A stretch of DNA of 30,045 bases. Origin: Bacteroidota bacterium. GTDB taxonomy: Bacteria > Bacteroidota > Ignavibacteria > UBA10030 > SZUA-254. The stretch is taken from positions 1 through 30,045 of the forward strand of contig DASYTP010000009.1 in the NCBI GenBank assembly GCA_036002145.1. Direction: 5' to 3'. Numbering within the stretch: the stretch's first letter is position 1; each line of letters opens with the position of its first letter. This document shows, piece by piece, positions 1 through 8,546 of the stretch. The translations under genes were made by a program, and so were the position numbers. Below the pieces are notes generated by a model. It made no database searches, was not told the DNA's origin, and worked only from the letters and a program-made list of their open reading frames with translations.

Positions 1-1631
1 GTGCAATGACGCGGGATGGAACGTTCCCGGTCGGAACAGCACAATGGGAGAAGCGCAATATTGCTGTTGACATCCCCGTATGGGAGCCCGACATCTGTAT
101 CCAGTGCAATAAATGCATGTTGGTGTGTCCGCACGCGACGATTCGCGTGAAAGTGTACGACCTGAAGGAATTGCACGACGCCCCGGCGACCTTCAAGTCG
201 ATGGATTACAAGGGGCTCGAGTACAAAGGGATGAAATACACAATCCAGGTTGCCGCGGAAGATTGCACGGGCTGCGGCCTGTGTGTCGAGGTTTGTCCTG
301 CGAAGAGCAAGTCCGAGACCCGCATCAAAGCCATCAACATGAAGCCGCAACCTCCGCTGCGCGACGCCGAGCGGGTCAATTACGATTTCTTTCTTCAAAT
401 CCCTGAGCTCGACAAGCGCGATATAAAGTACGACAATGTCAAGGGCTCGCAGTTCATTCAGCCGCTGTTCGAATACTCAGGCGCCTGTTCCGGCTGCGGT
501 GAAACGCCGTATGTCAAACTCGCCAGCCAGTTATTCGGCGACCGCGCGATTATTGCAAACGCGACGGGTTGTTCCTCGATTTACGGGGGAAATCTTCCAA
601 CGACTCCTTGGACTACGAATCGCGAAGGCAGAGGTCCAGCCTGGTCGAATTCGCTGTTCGAAGATAACGCCGAATTCGGACTCGGTATGAGGTTGACGAT
701 CGACAAGCATAACGAGATGGCTCGTGAATACGTGCAGCTTCTGTCACCGGAAATCGGGGGAGAGCTTGCAAACGCGATCCTCGAAGCAGATCAATCGGAC
801 GAGGCGGGAATTTACGAGCAGCGTGAGCGCGTAAAGCTCCTCAAGGAAAAACTGAACGCGACCGGTTCACCCGAAGCAAGAAACCTGTTGGCCATCGCCG
901 ACAACCTCGTCAAACGGAGTATCTGGCTCATGGGGGGCGACGGTTGGGCATATGACATCGGCTACGGCGGGCTCGACCACGTGCTCGCATCAGGGCGCAA
1001 CGTGAATATCCTGGTTCTCGATACCGAAGTCTATTCGAACACCGGCGGACAAACATCCAAATCGACTCCCCGCTCCGCCGTTGCAAAATTTTCTGCCGCG
1101 GGCAAAGGCACGCCGAAAAAGGACCTTGCCCTTCTGGCGATGTCCTACGGCAACGTCTATGTCGCCAAGGTTGCCATGGGCGCCAACGACACGCAAACGA
1201 TCCGTGCATTCCTCGAGGCGGAAGCGTACGACGGACCTTCCCTCATCATCGCCTATAGTCACTGCATCGCGCACGGCATCAACATGGCGAAAGGGATGAC
1301 AAATCAGAAAGTCGCAGTCGACACCGGCTACTGGCATCTCTTCCGTTACAATCCGATGCTCGAGAAGAAGGGTGAAAACCCCTTCAAACTCGATTCCAGG
1401 CCGCCGAAGCTTCCCTTGAAGGAATTCACGCAGCTGGAGACGCGATTCAAGATGCTGGAGAAAAGCCATCCGCAGCGTGCGAAGGAATTGGCGGCACTGG
1501 CACAGGAGGATGTGTATGTGCGATGGAAGGTGTACGAACATCTTGCGCATTCCAACGGCGGCAACGGGAAAGCGGCGGAAGAAAACACAACGGGCAAATC
1601 CCCGGACAATGTTCCTGCTCAATCGCACTAA
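1..1631 (+). CDS. nifJ: Pyruvate:ferredoxin (flavodoxin) oxidoreductase, C-terminal part (5'-truncated by window edge)
   Basis: Two ferredoxin motifs CIQCNKCMLVCP and CTGCGLCVEVCP; TPP-domain motifs FEYSGACSGCGETPY, NATGCSSIYGG, NSLFEDNAEFG, GGDGWAYDIG, EVYSNTGGQ, CIAHG. The frame is open upstream of the ATG at 6. Confidence 0.97.
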   Translation, partial: AMTRDGTFPVGTAQWEKRNIAVDIPVWEPDICIQCNKCMLVCPHATIRVKVYDLKELHDAPATFKSMDYKGLEYKGMKYTIQVAAEDCTGCGLCVEVCPAKSKSETRIKAINMKPQPPLRDAERVNYDFFLQIPELDKRDIKYDNVKGSQFIQPLFEYSGACSGCGETPYVKLASQLFGDRAIIANATGCSSIYGGNLPTTPWTTNREGRGPAWSNSLFEDNAEFGLGMRLTIDKHNEMAREYVQLLSPEIGGELANAILEADQSDEAGIYEQRERVKLLKEKLNATGSPEARNLLAIADNLVKRSIWLMGGDGWAYDIGYGGLDHVLASGRNVNILVLDTEVYSNTGGQTSKSTPRSAVAKFSAAGKGTPKKDLALLAMSYGNVYVAKVAMGANDTQTIRAFLEAEAYDGPSLIIAYSHCIAHGINMAKGMTNQKVAVDTGYWHLFRYNPMLEKKGENPFKLDSRPPKLPLKEFTQLETRFKMLEKSHPQRAKELAALAQEDVYVRWKVYEHLAHSNGGNGKAAEENTTGKSPDNVPAQSH

Positions 1632-1664
1632 GAACAACAACCTTCACAAAAACTGGAGAACTTT

Positions 1665-1805
1665 ATGACTTTCGCTATCTTCACGTTCGTCATTCTGATA
1701 CTTTATATCGTCATCGGAGAGATAAAGGTTAAAAAGCTCGAGATAAAACAGAAAGAGCTGCAGTGGAGGATTGAATCGCTCGAGAATTCAGTTACGAGGA
1801 GCTAA
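1665..1805 (+). CDS. Small 46-aa single-TM protein with charged tail (absent from ORF track)
   Basis: GGAG at 1655-1658, ATG at 1665, TAA at 1803-1805. [46 protein letters not shown]: 17 hydrophobic residues, then a heptad-like charged tail. It fills the nifJ-DHODH-like gap almost exactly. Confidence 0.6.
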   Translation: MTFAIFTFVILILYIVIGEIKVKKLEIKQKELQWRIESLENSVTRS

Positions 1806-1813
1806 GAACCGCC

Positions 1814-2803
1814 ATGAACCTTACGACAAATTACCTCGGACTTAAGCTGAAGAACCCAATCGTCCCTTCGGCGGGCCCGCTCTCTCATACGCTCGACACC
1901 ATGAAGCGACTCGAGGATGCCGGGGCGGCGGCCATCGTCATGTACTCGTTGTTCGAAGAGCAAATTGAGCACGAAAAGGAAGAGATCGAATTCTATCTCT
2001 CGTACGGTACGGAAAGTTTTGCCGAAGCGCTCACCTACTTTCCGGAATCCGGGCAGTACAATCTTGGCCCCGACAAGTACGTCGAGCTTCTTCACAAGGC
2101 AAAGCAGGCTCTGGGCATCCCCGTCATCGGGAGCCTTAACGGCATATCGGTTGGTGGATGGATGAAATATGCGAAAAGTATCGAGCAGGCTGGGGCGGAT
2201 GCCCTTGAGGTAAACGTATATTATATCCCAACCGATCCACGCCTCACGGGCGCCGACGTGGAGGACCGTTACGTCGAAATCCTTCATACCATAAAGCAGA
2301 GCGTCGCTATTCCGGTCGCGATGAAATTGAGTCCGTTCTTCAGCTCATTCGCCCACATGGCGAACCGCCTGGTCGACGCCGGCGCGGACGGGTTGGTCCT
2401 CTTCAACAGATTTTATCAGCCGGATATCAACCTCGAATCACTCGACGTCGAACCGGGCATTACACTCAGCACGTCACACTCGATGAGGCTGCCGATGCGA
2501 TGGATCGCCATCCTTTTCGGAAGAATCAACGCCAGCCTTGCCGCGACGAGCGGCATCCACACTGCTGGGGATGCGCTGAAGATGCTCATGGCCGGCGCGG
2601 ATGTGACGATGATGTGCTCTGCGCTTCTGAAAAATGGAGCGCAACATATCACAAAAGTGCTGTCAGATATGCAACAGTGGATGATCGATCATGAGTACCT
2701 CTCGGTTGAACAGATGAAGGGAAGCATGAGCCATAAATCCGTGGCGGATCCTGCTGCATTCGAACGGGCAAATTACATGAAGGCGCTTCAGAGCCTCAAG
2801 TGA
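1814..2803 (+). CDS. Dihydroorotate dehydrogenase-like FMN protein (nifJ-associated type)
   Basis: [55 protein letters not shown]; class-1 DHODH-like barrel without the NxSCPN catalytic loop. Confidence 0.9.
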   Translation: MNLTTNYLGLKLKNPIVPSAGPLSHTLDTMKRLEDAGAAAIVMYSLFEEQIEHEKEEIEFYLSYGTESFAEALTYFPESGQYNLGPDKYVELLHKAKQALGIPVIGSLNGISVGGWMKYAKSIEQAGADALEVNVYYIPTDPRLTGADVEDRYVEILHTIKQSVAIPVAMKLSPFFSSFAHMANRLVDAGADGLVLFNRFYQPDINLESLDVEPGITLSTSHSMRLPMRWIAILFGRINASLAATSGIHTAGDALKMLMAGADVTMMCSALLKNGAQHITKVLSDMQQWMIDHEYLSVEQMKGSMSHKSVADPAAFERANYMKALQSLK

Positions 2804-4279
2804 ATGACGGTATTGAATCTTCCTGATGCTGAGTCGAGAGACTCGCTGCTCCTGGAGCTGACGCCATTTGTTCTCTATACGGCAGGTCTGGGCCCGGACT
2901 ACAGGGTCTTGAGGATGACGGACAACGTCGAGCGCCTGACGGGTTTTGCCGCCCGTCAATTCATTGACACTCCGGATCTCTGGGCGTCAAGGCTACACCC
3001 GGACGATTGTGAAATGACATTGAAGAGTATAGAGCAATTGTCATCGTCGTTTCCCAAATCCCTGGAATATCGATGGCGTTGTGCAGACGGGGAGTATCGG
3101 TGGTTTCTCGATACGCTGAATTTCCTCCGGGATGAGCGCGGAGAACCCGTTGAATTAAATGGTTGTTGGTTTGACATCACGAAACGGAAATCACTTGAAG
3201 AATCGATGCGGAAACTCTCCTCCATCGTTGAATCCTCCGACGATGCCATCATGAGTTTCACGCTCCAGGGAGCCATCCAAAGCTGGAATGCAAGCGCCGA
3301 GCGGATTTACGGCTATACGGCGTCGGAGGTGATCGGCCAATCCATTTATCAATTGCTGTCAGCCGGTCAGCGAAGTGAATTCGATGCGATCCTCGCGGCG
3401 GTGCAACGGGGCATTGGTGTCCGCCATCAGGAATCGGTGCATCAAACGAAGGATGGAAATGTTGTGGATGTAGCTCTTACGATATCGCCGATGCGTGACG
3501 TTGCCAACCGGATTTCCGGCGCCTCGATCATTGCACGCGATACGTCCGAACATAAACGCCTTCACGAGGAATTGACGCAAGCCAGTCGCAGGTACACGGA
3601 GGACCTGCAGCACCTCACGCGCGCCATTCAGCGAGCGCAGGAGGAGGAACGCCGCCGGATTTCGCGTGAACTGCATGATGATCTGAATCAGCGATTGAGC
3701 AATCTCAAACTCGGCATCGAGGTCCTTGTCCGCAAACATCCAAAGAACCCCCGCGGGCTCTCAAAATCTCTTACAGAGTACGCCCAACAGGTCGACAAGA
3801 TGATCCGGGATGTTCGCACCATGGCATCCGGTTTGAGGCCCGCCATTCTCGATGATTTCGGATTGATAGTTTCGCTACAGTTGTTGTGCCGGGACTTTGA
3901 AAAACTCCACCGCTGCGAGACGACGTTTTCGATGTGTGAGTGCACGCCAAACCGGTTCAGCGCTGATGTTCAAATCGCGTTTTACCGTGTCGCACAAGAG
4001 GCGATGGCCAACGTTGCCAAGCATAGCGCTGCGACTTGTTGTGATGTCAAACTACAGTGCGACGAATCTCTTTTCAAAATGATCATCCAAGACAATGGCA
4101 AGGGGTTTGAATTGACGGAAGTCCTATCGCGGGAAACTTCCCGGCGCGGTTTGGGATTGACCGGAATGAGAGAGCGCGTTGAAATGATGGGCGGTGAATT
4201 CCACATCGTGTCGAACCCGGGAAAAGGGACAATAATGAAAGCTCAGATTCCACTTTCGATATGCTCGGAGTCAAGATAG
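2804..4279 (+). CDS. Soluble PAS-PAS sensor histidine kinase, HisKA_3 (NarX/NreB-like)
   Basis: PAS_3-like HPDD..YRWRCADGEYRWF; second PAS SSDDAIM..WNASAERIYGY; H-box ERRRISRELHDD; QEAMANVAKHS, DNGKGF, GLGLTGMRERV; no TM segment. Confidence 0.93.
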   Translation: MTVLNLPDAESRDSLLLELTPFVLYTAGLGPDYRVLRMTDNVERLTGFAARQFIDTPDLWASRLHPDDCEMTLKSIEQLSSSFPKSLEYRWRCADGEYRWFLDTLNFLRDERGEPVELNGCWFDITKRKSLEESMRKLSSIVESSDDAIMSFTLQGAIQSWNASAERIYGYTASEVIGQSIYQLLSAGQRSEFDAILAAVQRGIGVRHQESVHQTKDGNVVDVALTISPMRDVANRISGASIIARDTSEHKRLHEELTQASRRYTEDLQHLTRAIQRAQEEERRRISRELHDDLNQRLSNLKLGIEVLVRKHPKNPRGLSKSLTEYAQQVDKMIRDVRTMASGLRPAILDDFGLIVSLQLLCRDFEKLHRCETTFSMCECTPNRFSADVQIAFYRVAQEAMANVAKHSAATCCDVKLQCDESLFKMIIQDNGKGFELTEVLSRETSRRGLGLTGMRERVEMMGGEFHIVSNPGKGTIMKAQIPLSICSESR

Positions 4280-4923
4280 TATTAGCGGATGATCACGCCG
4301 TTCTCCGAAGAGGTTTGAGACAACTCCTTGAGAGCGTCCCGGAATTCTCCATCGCCGGAGAAACCGACAATGGAAAAGAGGCTGTCGCGCTTGTGAGGCA
4401 ACATCGTCCGGACGTCGCGATCCTTGATATTTCGATGCCGGAAATGAGCGGTATTGAGGCCGCTAAAATCATCAAGGAAAACAACCCTGAGACGAAGATC
4501 CTGATACTCACGATCCATGACGATCAGGATTATGTTGTTCAGGTGATGCAGGCCGGTGCGGACGGCTACATCATTAAGAACTCAAGTCCCGAGGATATTA
4601 TCGAGGCCGTCCGGTGTGTCGCTGCTGGTCAGGAATATCTCGGTCAGGGTGTGTCCAGTATGATTGCCGAAAAATTCATCAGGGGCATCAAAGAGGCCAG
4701 CGGGGAGTACCGGCGAAAACTGCCCCACTTGACAAAAAGGGAAGTCGAAATTCTAAGATATGTCACACAGGGACTTACAAGCAAAGAGATATCGGACAAA
4801 CTCTCGCTCAGCGTCCGCACGGTGCATAGCCACAGAATGAATATCATGCAAAAGCTGAATATCCACGAGACCGCCGGACTTGTTACCTATGCAGTCAAGC
4901 ATGGACTCGTGAAGCTTGATTGA
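4261..4923 (+). CDS. NarL/LuxR-family response regulator
   Basis: LADDH, ILDISMP (phospho-Asp), GYIIK, C-terminal LTKREVEIL..TVHSHRMNIMQKL HTH; overlaps the kinase stop codon. Confidence 0.95.
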   Translation: MLGVKIVLADDHAVLRRGLRQLLESVPEFSIAGETDNGKEAVALVRQHRPDVAILDISMPEMSGIEAAKIIKENNPETKILILTIHDDQDYVVQVMQAGADGYIIKNSSPEDIIEAVRCVAAGQEYLGQGVSSMIAEKFIRGIKEASGEYRRKLPHLTKREVEILRYVTQGLTSKEISDKLSLSVRTVHSHRMNIMQKLNIHETAGLVTYAVKHGLVKLD

Positions 4924-5029
4924 CGCCTGGCTCACCCCCTCCGAACGATCACTCCTTAAATATCCTCGACCGTTGTACCTAAGTAGTACGCTCTATAAAC
5001 AGGAGCAAAAAAATACGCAATTTACCCGA

Positions 5030-5063
5030 TTGAATGGCTGCCAGGAAAAGATTATGTTATGAT
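5030..5063 (+). promoter_or_regulatory. Putative sigma70 promoter
   Basis: TTGAAT (5030-5035)-N17-TATGTT (5053-5058), with an overlapping extended -10 TGnTATGAT (5055-5063) in an AT-rich intergenic stretch. Confidence 0.4.
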
Positions 5064-5092
5064 CGAATAAGGATCCCTGGGTTGATCGACAG

Positions 5093-5341
5093 ATGAAAAA
5101 CATACGGGCTTTCAAAGGATCAAGATTCGTCAGTTCAGAGTTTGCCCCCTCGCGTGAGAAGCGTTACAGGCTGACCCGCGCTGATCTTTTAAGTTTGATC
5201 TGGACCATGGAACACGATCGGATACTCAATGCACCAATCGAGAAGATCGCGATGTTGAAGCAAATCCTGGTGACAGAGTACAAATTATTACCATCCTGCG
5301 GGCGAAGGAGTAAACACACCGGGGTACGCGTGCATGGATAA
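5093..5341 (+). CDS. Hypothetical 82-aa protein
   Basis: Same-strand ORF downstream of the putative promoter; its stop overlaps the ATG at 5334; weak RBS; no recognisable domain. Confidence 0.4.
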   Translation: MKNIRAFKGSRFVSSEFAPSREKRYRLTRADLLSLIWTMEHDRILNAPIEKIAMLKQILVTEYKLLPSCGRRSKHTGVRVHG

Positions 5342-5762
5342 GGAAACCAAAAATTGCCGGTCATTTTCCGGCGCAATAACGGTGCTTATTGCAGATAATG
5401 ACAAGGCACTCCGGTCAAATTTAAGATCGTTACTCAGACATGAGAATGCCCGGGTTGTGGCGGAAGTTGGAACGAGCAGGCGTGCAATAGTTGAAGCCGG
5501 GCTGCGGAAGCCTGATTTGATATTGATGGACTTTGCACTCTTGGAGGCAACTGCGCCGGAGATCGTAGGTCTCGTCGGGAAAGTTTCCCCAAAAACAGAG
5601 ATTACATTCATCACTCTGCACGACGAAAGCATATATGCGGACCTCACACAGGTAATGCATGTCCGCGGATTTATTGCAAAGCAGTCGTTAAACAGCGAGC
5701 TCCCCCGGGTCCTTCAAAATCTCAGGAAGATAAAGTATGCTCCCCGGTCAATGGTGGATTAG
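5334..5762 (+). CDS. Single-domain response regulator receiver (NarL-like REC, no output domain)
   Basis: VLIADND, PDLILMDFAL (phospho-Asp), FITLHD, GFIAKQ (conserved Lys). Confidence 0.8.
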   Translation: MDKETKNCRSFSGAITVLIADNDKALRSNLRSLLRHENARVVAEVGTSRRAIVEAGLRKPDLILMDFALLEATAPEIVGLVGKVSPKTEITFITLHDESIYADLTQVMHVRGFIAKQSLNSELPRVLQNLRKIKYAPRSMVD

Positions 5763-5775
5763 AGGAGCAGGGTGC

Positions 5776-5824
5776 GGCTGTCGCAACTCCAGAAAAAGGA
5801 GAGGTGACAAGAGTTGCGGCAGCC
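5776..5824 (+). other. Intergenic 14-bp hairpin with purine-rich loop
   Basis: GGCTGTCGCAACTC (5776-5789) pairs with GAGTTGCGGCAGCC (5811-5824) with one G-U; the 21-nt loop contains AAAGGAGAGGTGA. Confidence 0.7.
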
Positions 5825-5896
5825 CTCCATGTTTCACGTAACAGCGCTTCAGAACAGTCGGAACTATCAGAGATTATCGTGTTCACATCCCGATTA

Positions 5897-6925
5897 ATGC
5901 ACAATACATGGGGAATTGTCCTCGCCGGCGGCAATGGCAATAGGCTGCAACAATTCACCCGGCGGCTTTACGGCGACGAACGACCGAAGCAATACTGTGC
6001 GTTTACCGGAACGCGTTCGATGCTCGGTCATACCATTGATCGTGCGGAACGCGTAATACCAAGAAACAATATCTTGACGATCATAGACAGGTCTCATCTC
6101 CGATACTCTCAGATCGAGCTCAGGGAGCGTCCGGCGGAAACTGTTATCGTTCAGCCGGTGAATCGTGACACAGGCCCGGGTATCCTGCATCCTCTTCTTC
6201 ATATCTGCAGGAAAAACCGTGATGCATTGGTCGCGATCTTTCCGTCGGATCACTTTATCCTCGGAGAGGAGCGTTTTGCAGAAATCATGTCGGCGGCTCT
6301 TTCCCTGGCCGGATCTTCGCTTCAGACTCCTATTCTCCTTGGAGCGGCGCCGGATCGATGGGACACATCGTACGGATGGATAGACAAAGGTGTACGGACC
6401 GAAGATCACAAAGGCATGAGTATGTATCAAATTGGAAGATTTTGGGAAAAACCCGGGCCCGATTTGGCGCAAGCGCTATACCTCCGCGGATGCTTGTGGA
6501 ATACGTTGGTCATCATCGGCAGTGCCATGACCTTAGTGCAGATGTTTCGGCAATGGACACCACAACTGTTCAACCAGTTTGAGGAGATCCGAATCAGTTT
6601 CGGCTCACCTCGCGCGACAGAGACAGTGAAAGAAGTGTACTCCAGACTTCACCCGGTGAATTTCTCGACATCAATCCTCGAACCCGTCGCCGATCGTTTC
6701 CAGGTCCTTCCCCTGAGTGGGGTATATTGGGCAGACTGGGGCAGCGAGCAACAGATCATTTCGGATTGCAGGCGCTTCGGACTGGCGCTGCGAAAAGAGG
6801 AACCCGCCGCCTGTCACCTTCATGAAGGGAGGGAATTCACGCCGCGTCAAACGGAAGCTCTGAAGATAAAGTACAACAAATTTACGGAAGGTTTGGCGTA
6901 TGAGAAAAATCAAGAAAATCGTTAA
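5897..6925 (+). CDS. Sugar-phosphate nucleotidyltransferase, ManC/GDP-mannose pyrophosphorylase-like, no cupin domain
   Basis: VLAGGNGNRL..PKQY, RDTGPG, FPSDH, FWEKP, WADWGS. ATG 5897 is preferred to GTG 5804 because the family N-terminus begins there. Confidence 0.85.
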   Translation: MHNTWGIVLAGGNGNRLQQFTRRLYGDERPKQYCAFTGTRSMLGHTIDRAERVIPRNNILTIIDRSHLRYSQIELRERPAETVIVQPVNRDTGPGILHPLLHICRKNRDALVAIFPSDHFILGEERFAEIMSAALSLAGSSLQTPILLGAAPDRWDTSYGWIDKGVRTEDHKGMSMYQIGRFWEKPGPDLAQALYLRGCLWNTLVIIGSAMTLVQMFRQWTPQLFNQFEEIRISFGSPRATETVKEVYSRLHPVNFSTSILEPVADRFQVLPLSGVYWADWGSEQQIISDCRRFGLALRKEEPAACHLHEGREFTPRQTEALKIKYNKFTEGLAYEKNQENR

Positions 6926-6963
6926 CAATACGAAGCAGGGTTGCCTTTTGGGGCGATAGGGAA

Positions 6964-7044
6964 CGGCCTCGTCCCAGCTTGTCCCATTGGGGAAAAGTCC
7001 TTGGAGTCTCCATTCGCTGGTCGAAGAAGAGTGGGGCGAGGCCG
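6964..7044 (+). other. Long-range stem-loop upstream of lipoprotein gene
   Basis: CGGCCTCGTCCC (6964-6975) pairs with GGGGCGAGGCCG (7033-7044) with one G-U, enclosing small hairpins. Confidence 0.55.
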
Positions 7045-7066
7045 ATTGTTTATTCATGGAAGGAAT

Positions 7067-7570
7067 ATGACGATGAAATTCGCATTGTTCGTTGTTACAT
7101 TGATATCAGGATGCATGACCTCGTCGCCGCAAGTTGTACCTGTCCTCGTTGAAGGAGGTAACAGAGAATTACTGGTGGGGGAATGGGCGGGTGAATACAG
7201 CAGCTCCTCAAACCAGAGGAGCGGCAGTATTACCTTCAAGCTCGACCAGGGAAAAGATACTGCATTCGGCGATGTTCTGATGATCGCGCGCGGCTCGAAT
7301 CAGCGGTATTTTCCCGAGGATTATTCTCAAATTCCGAGGACGGATCCATTCGCGTCGCGAGTATTGGCAATTAAATTTGTTCACGTTGCCGGCGACAGTG
7401 TGCACGGACTCCTTGATCCTTACTGGGATCCGGACCGGAAGAGTACGGTTGTCACAACGTTTAAAGGGAAAGTGTTGACAAACCGAATCACCGGGACCTT
7501 CAACGGATACGACGTTTCGACGGGATACACCTTCTCGGGACGCTGGCAGGTTACGCGCAAGAATCCGTAG
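7067..7570 (+). CDS. Hypothetical lipoprotein, beta-rich
   Basis: GGAAGGA RBS then ATG 7067; signal MTMKFALFVVTLISG-C with lipobox LISGC; W-x-G-x-Y..G-x-I-x-F beta-strand pattern. Confidence 0.75.
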   Translation: MTMKFALFVVTLISGCMTSSPQVVPVLVEGGNRELLVGEWAGEYSSSSNQRSGSITFKLDQGKDTAFGDVLMIARGSNQRYFPEDYSQIPRTDPFASRVLAIKFVHVAGDSVHGLLDPYWDPDRKSTVVTTFKGKVLTNRITGTFNGYDVSTGYTFSGRWQVTRKNP

Positions 7571-7583
7571 GAACTCCGTGTCA

Positions 7584-7656
7584 TGTCAAATACTTCAACA
7601 GTCTGTGTTGAGAACTTCATCGATGCTCCAACTCATCGCTGTTGCAATACGTTACA
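7584..7656. promoter_or_regulatory. Two TGT-N11-ACA candidate enhancer sites for a sigma54 activator
   Basis: TGTCAAATACTTCAACA (7584-7600) and TGTTGCAATACGTTACA (7640-7656), upstream of a -24/-12-like element. Confidence 0.4.
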
Positions 7657-7802
7657 CGATCCGCGGCGCATTTTCCATTCCGGTGTTTATTTTCTGAACA
7701 GTCCAGCCTGATAGATTTCTCCACCACAATTATTCGATACTGCAAGTGCATTGCGCGTCAGCTGTTGCCGGCATGAACTCCGGGAAGTTTGACGGATGAA
7801 CC

Positions 7803-7818
7803 TGGCATGCTTTTCTCA
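7803..7818 (+). promoter_or_regulatory. Degenerate sigma54 -24/-12 promoter
   Basis: TGGCATG-CTTT-TCTCA: good -24 element, but the -12 has TC instead of GC; about 50 nt upstream of ATG 7871. Confidence 0.35.
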
Positions 7819-7870
7819 TACTTTCAGTGTGAAGAATGAATATTAATAGAGAACATAAGGAATAATCGCC

Positions 7871-8530
7871 ATGACAGTCCTCTTTGTAATTGCAACTATC
7901 ACTATCTTTCTCACTGTTGATTGGCTGGTCAGACGATACAGGGGCCAGCCGTTTATTCCGGCAGAAAAAATCCGCGGGACATATCCGGTTCGATTGCCCG
8001 ATGGGGTCTTTTTCGCGCCATCGCACACGTGGCTGAATCTCTACCCCTCCGGGACCCTTCGCCTCGGCGTTGATGACTTCATTGCCCGCCTCGTGGAGAG
8101 CCCGGAGATACTCCTTCTGAAATGCCCCGGCGATCACTTCCAAAAAGGGGATCCGCTCATCCAGCTGAAGGAAGGAAATCATGCGCTCACCATTCGATCT
8201 CCCCTTGAAGGAGAAATCGTGGCGATCAATGAAGAGTTGACCGCCGACCCATCGCTCCTGAGAGAGCGCATGTTCAGCAGCGGGTGGGGGTACATAATCA
8301 AGCCAAGCAGGATCGATGAAATAAAGACGATGCTCATCGGAAGCGAAACACGCTCATGGATCAGGAACGAATTTCAACGGCTGCGAGACCTCTTCGCTCA
8401 ATTGAACAACAAGGGATCGCTGGCACCCGCCTGCCTGCAGGATGGGGGGCCGCCGATTGCAGGAGTGTTACGTACGATGGACGACGTCGTATGGAAGCGG
8501 CTCGATAATGAATTTCTTCAAGTGGCGTAG
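7871..8530 (+). CDS. Membrane-anchored GcvH-fold protein lacking the lipoyl-lysine
   Basis: N-terminal TM then RRYR; HTW..LGVDDF..GD..SPLEGEIVAINEEL..GW H-protein signature; Asn103 at the ESVK Lys position; C-terminal QDGG. Confidence 0.85.
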   Translation: MTVLFVIATITIFLTVDWLVRRYRGQPFIPAEKIRGTYPVRLPDGVFFAPSHTWLNLYPSGTLRLGVDDFIARLVESPEILLLKCPGDHFQKGDPLIQLKEGNHALTIRSPLEGEIVAINEELTADPSLLRERMFSSGWGYIIKPSRIDEIKTMLIGSETRSWIRNEFQRLRDLFAQLNNKGSLAPACLQDGGPPIAGVLRTMDDVVWKRLDNEFLQVA

Positions 8531-8546
8531 CTGAAAGGAATCGACA

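Noticed and set aside
6-8. ATG at 6 as the PFOR start
   Set aside because: The frame is open to the window edge and the N-terminal PFOR domains are missing; this is truncation by the window, not a split gene.
3880-4070. Cys-rich stretch in the PAS kinase ATPase region as an NreB-like Fe-S site
   Set aside because: The cysteines are scattered in the catalytic domain, not in a PAS domain, and form no recognisable motif.
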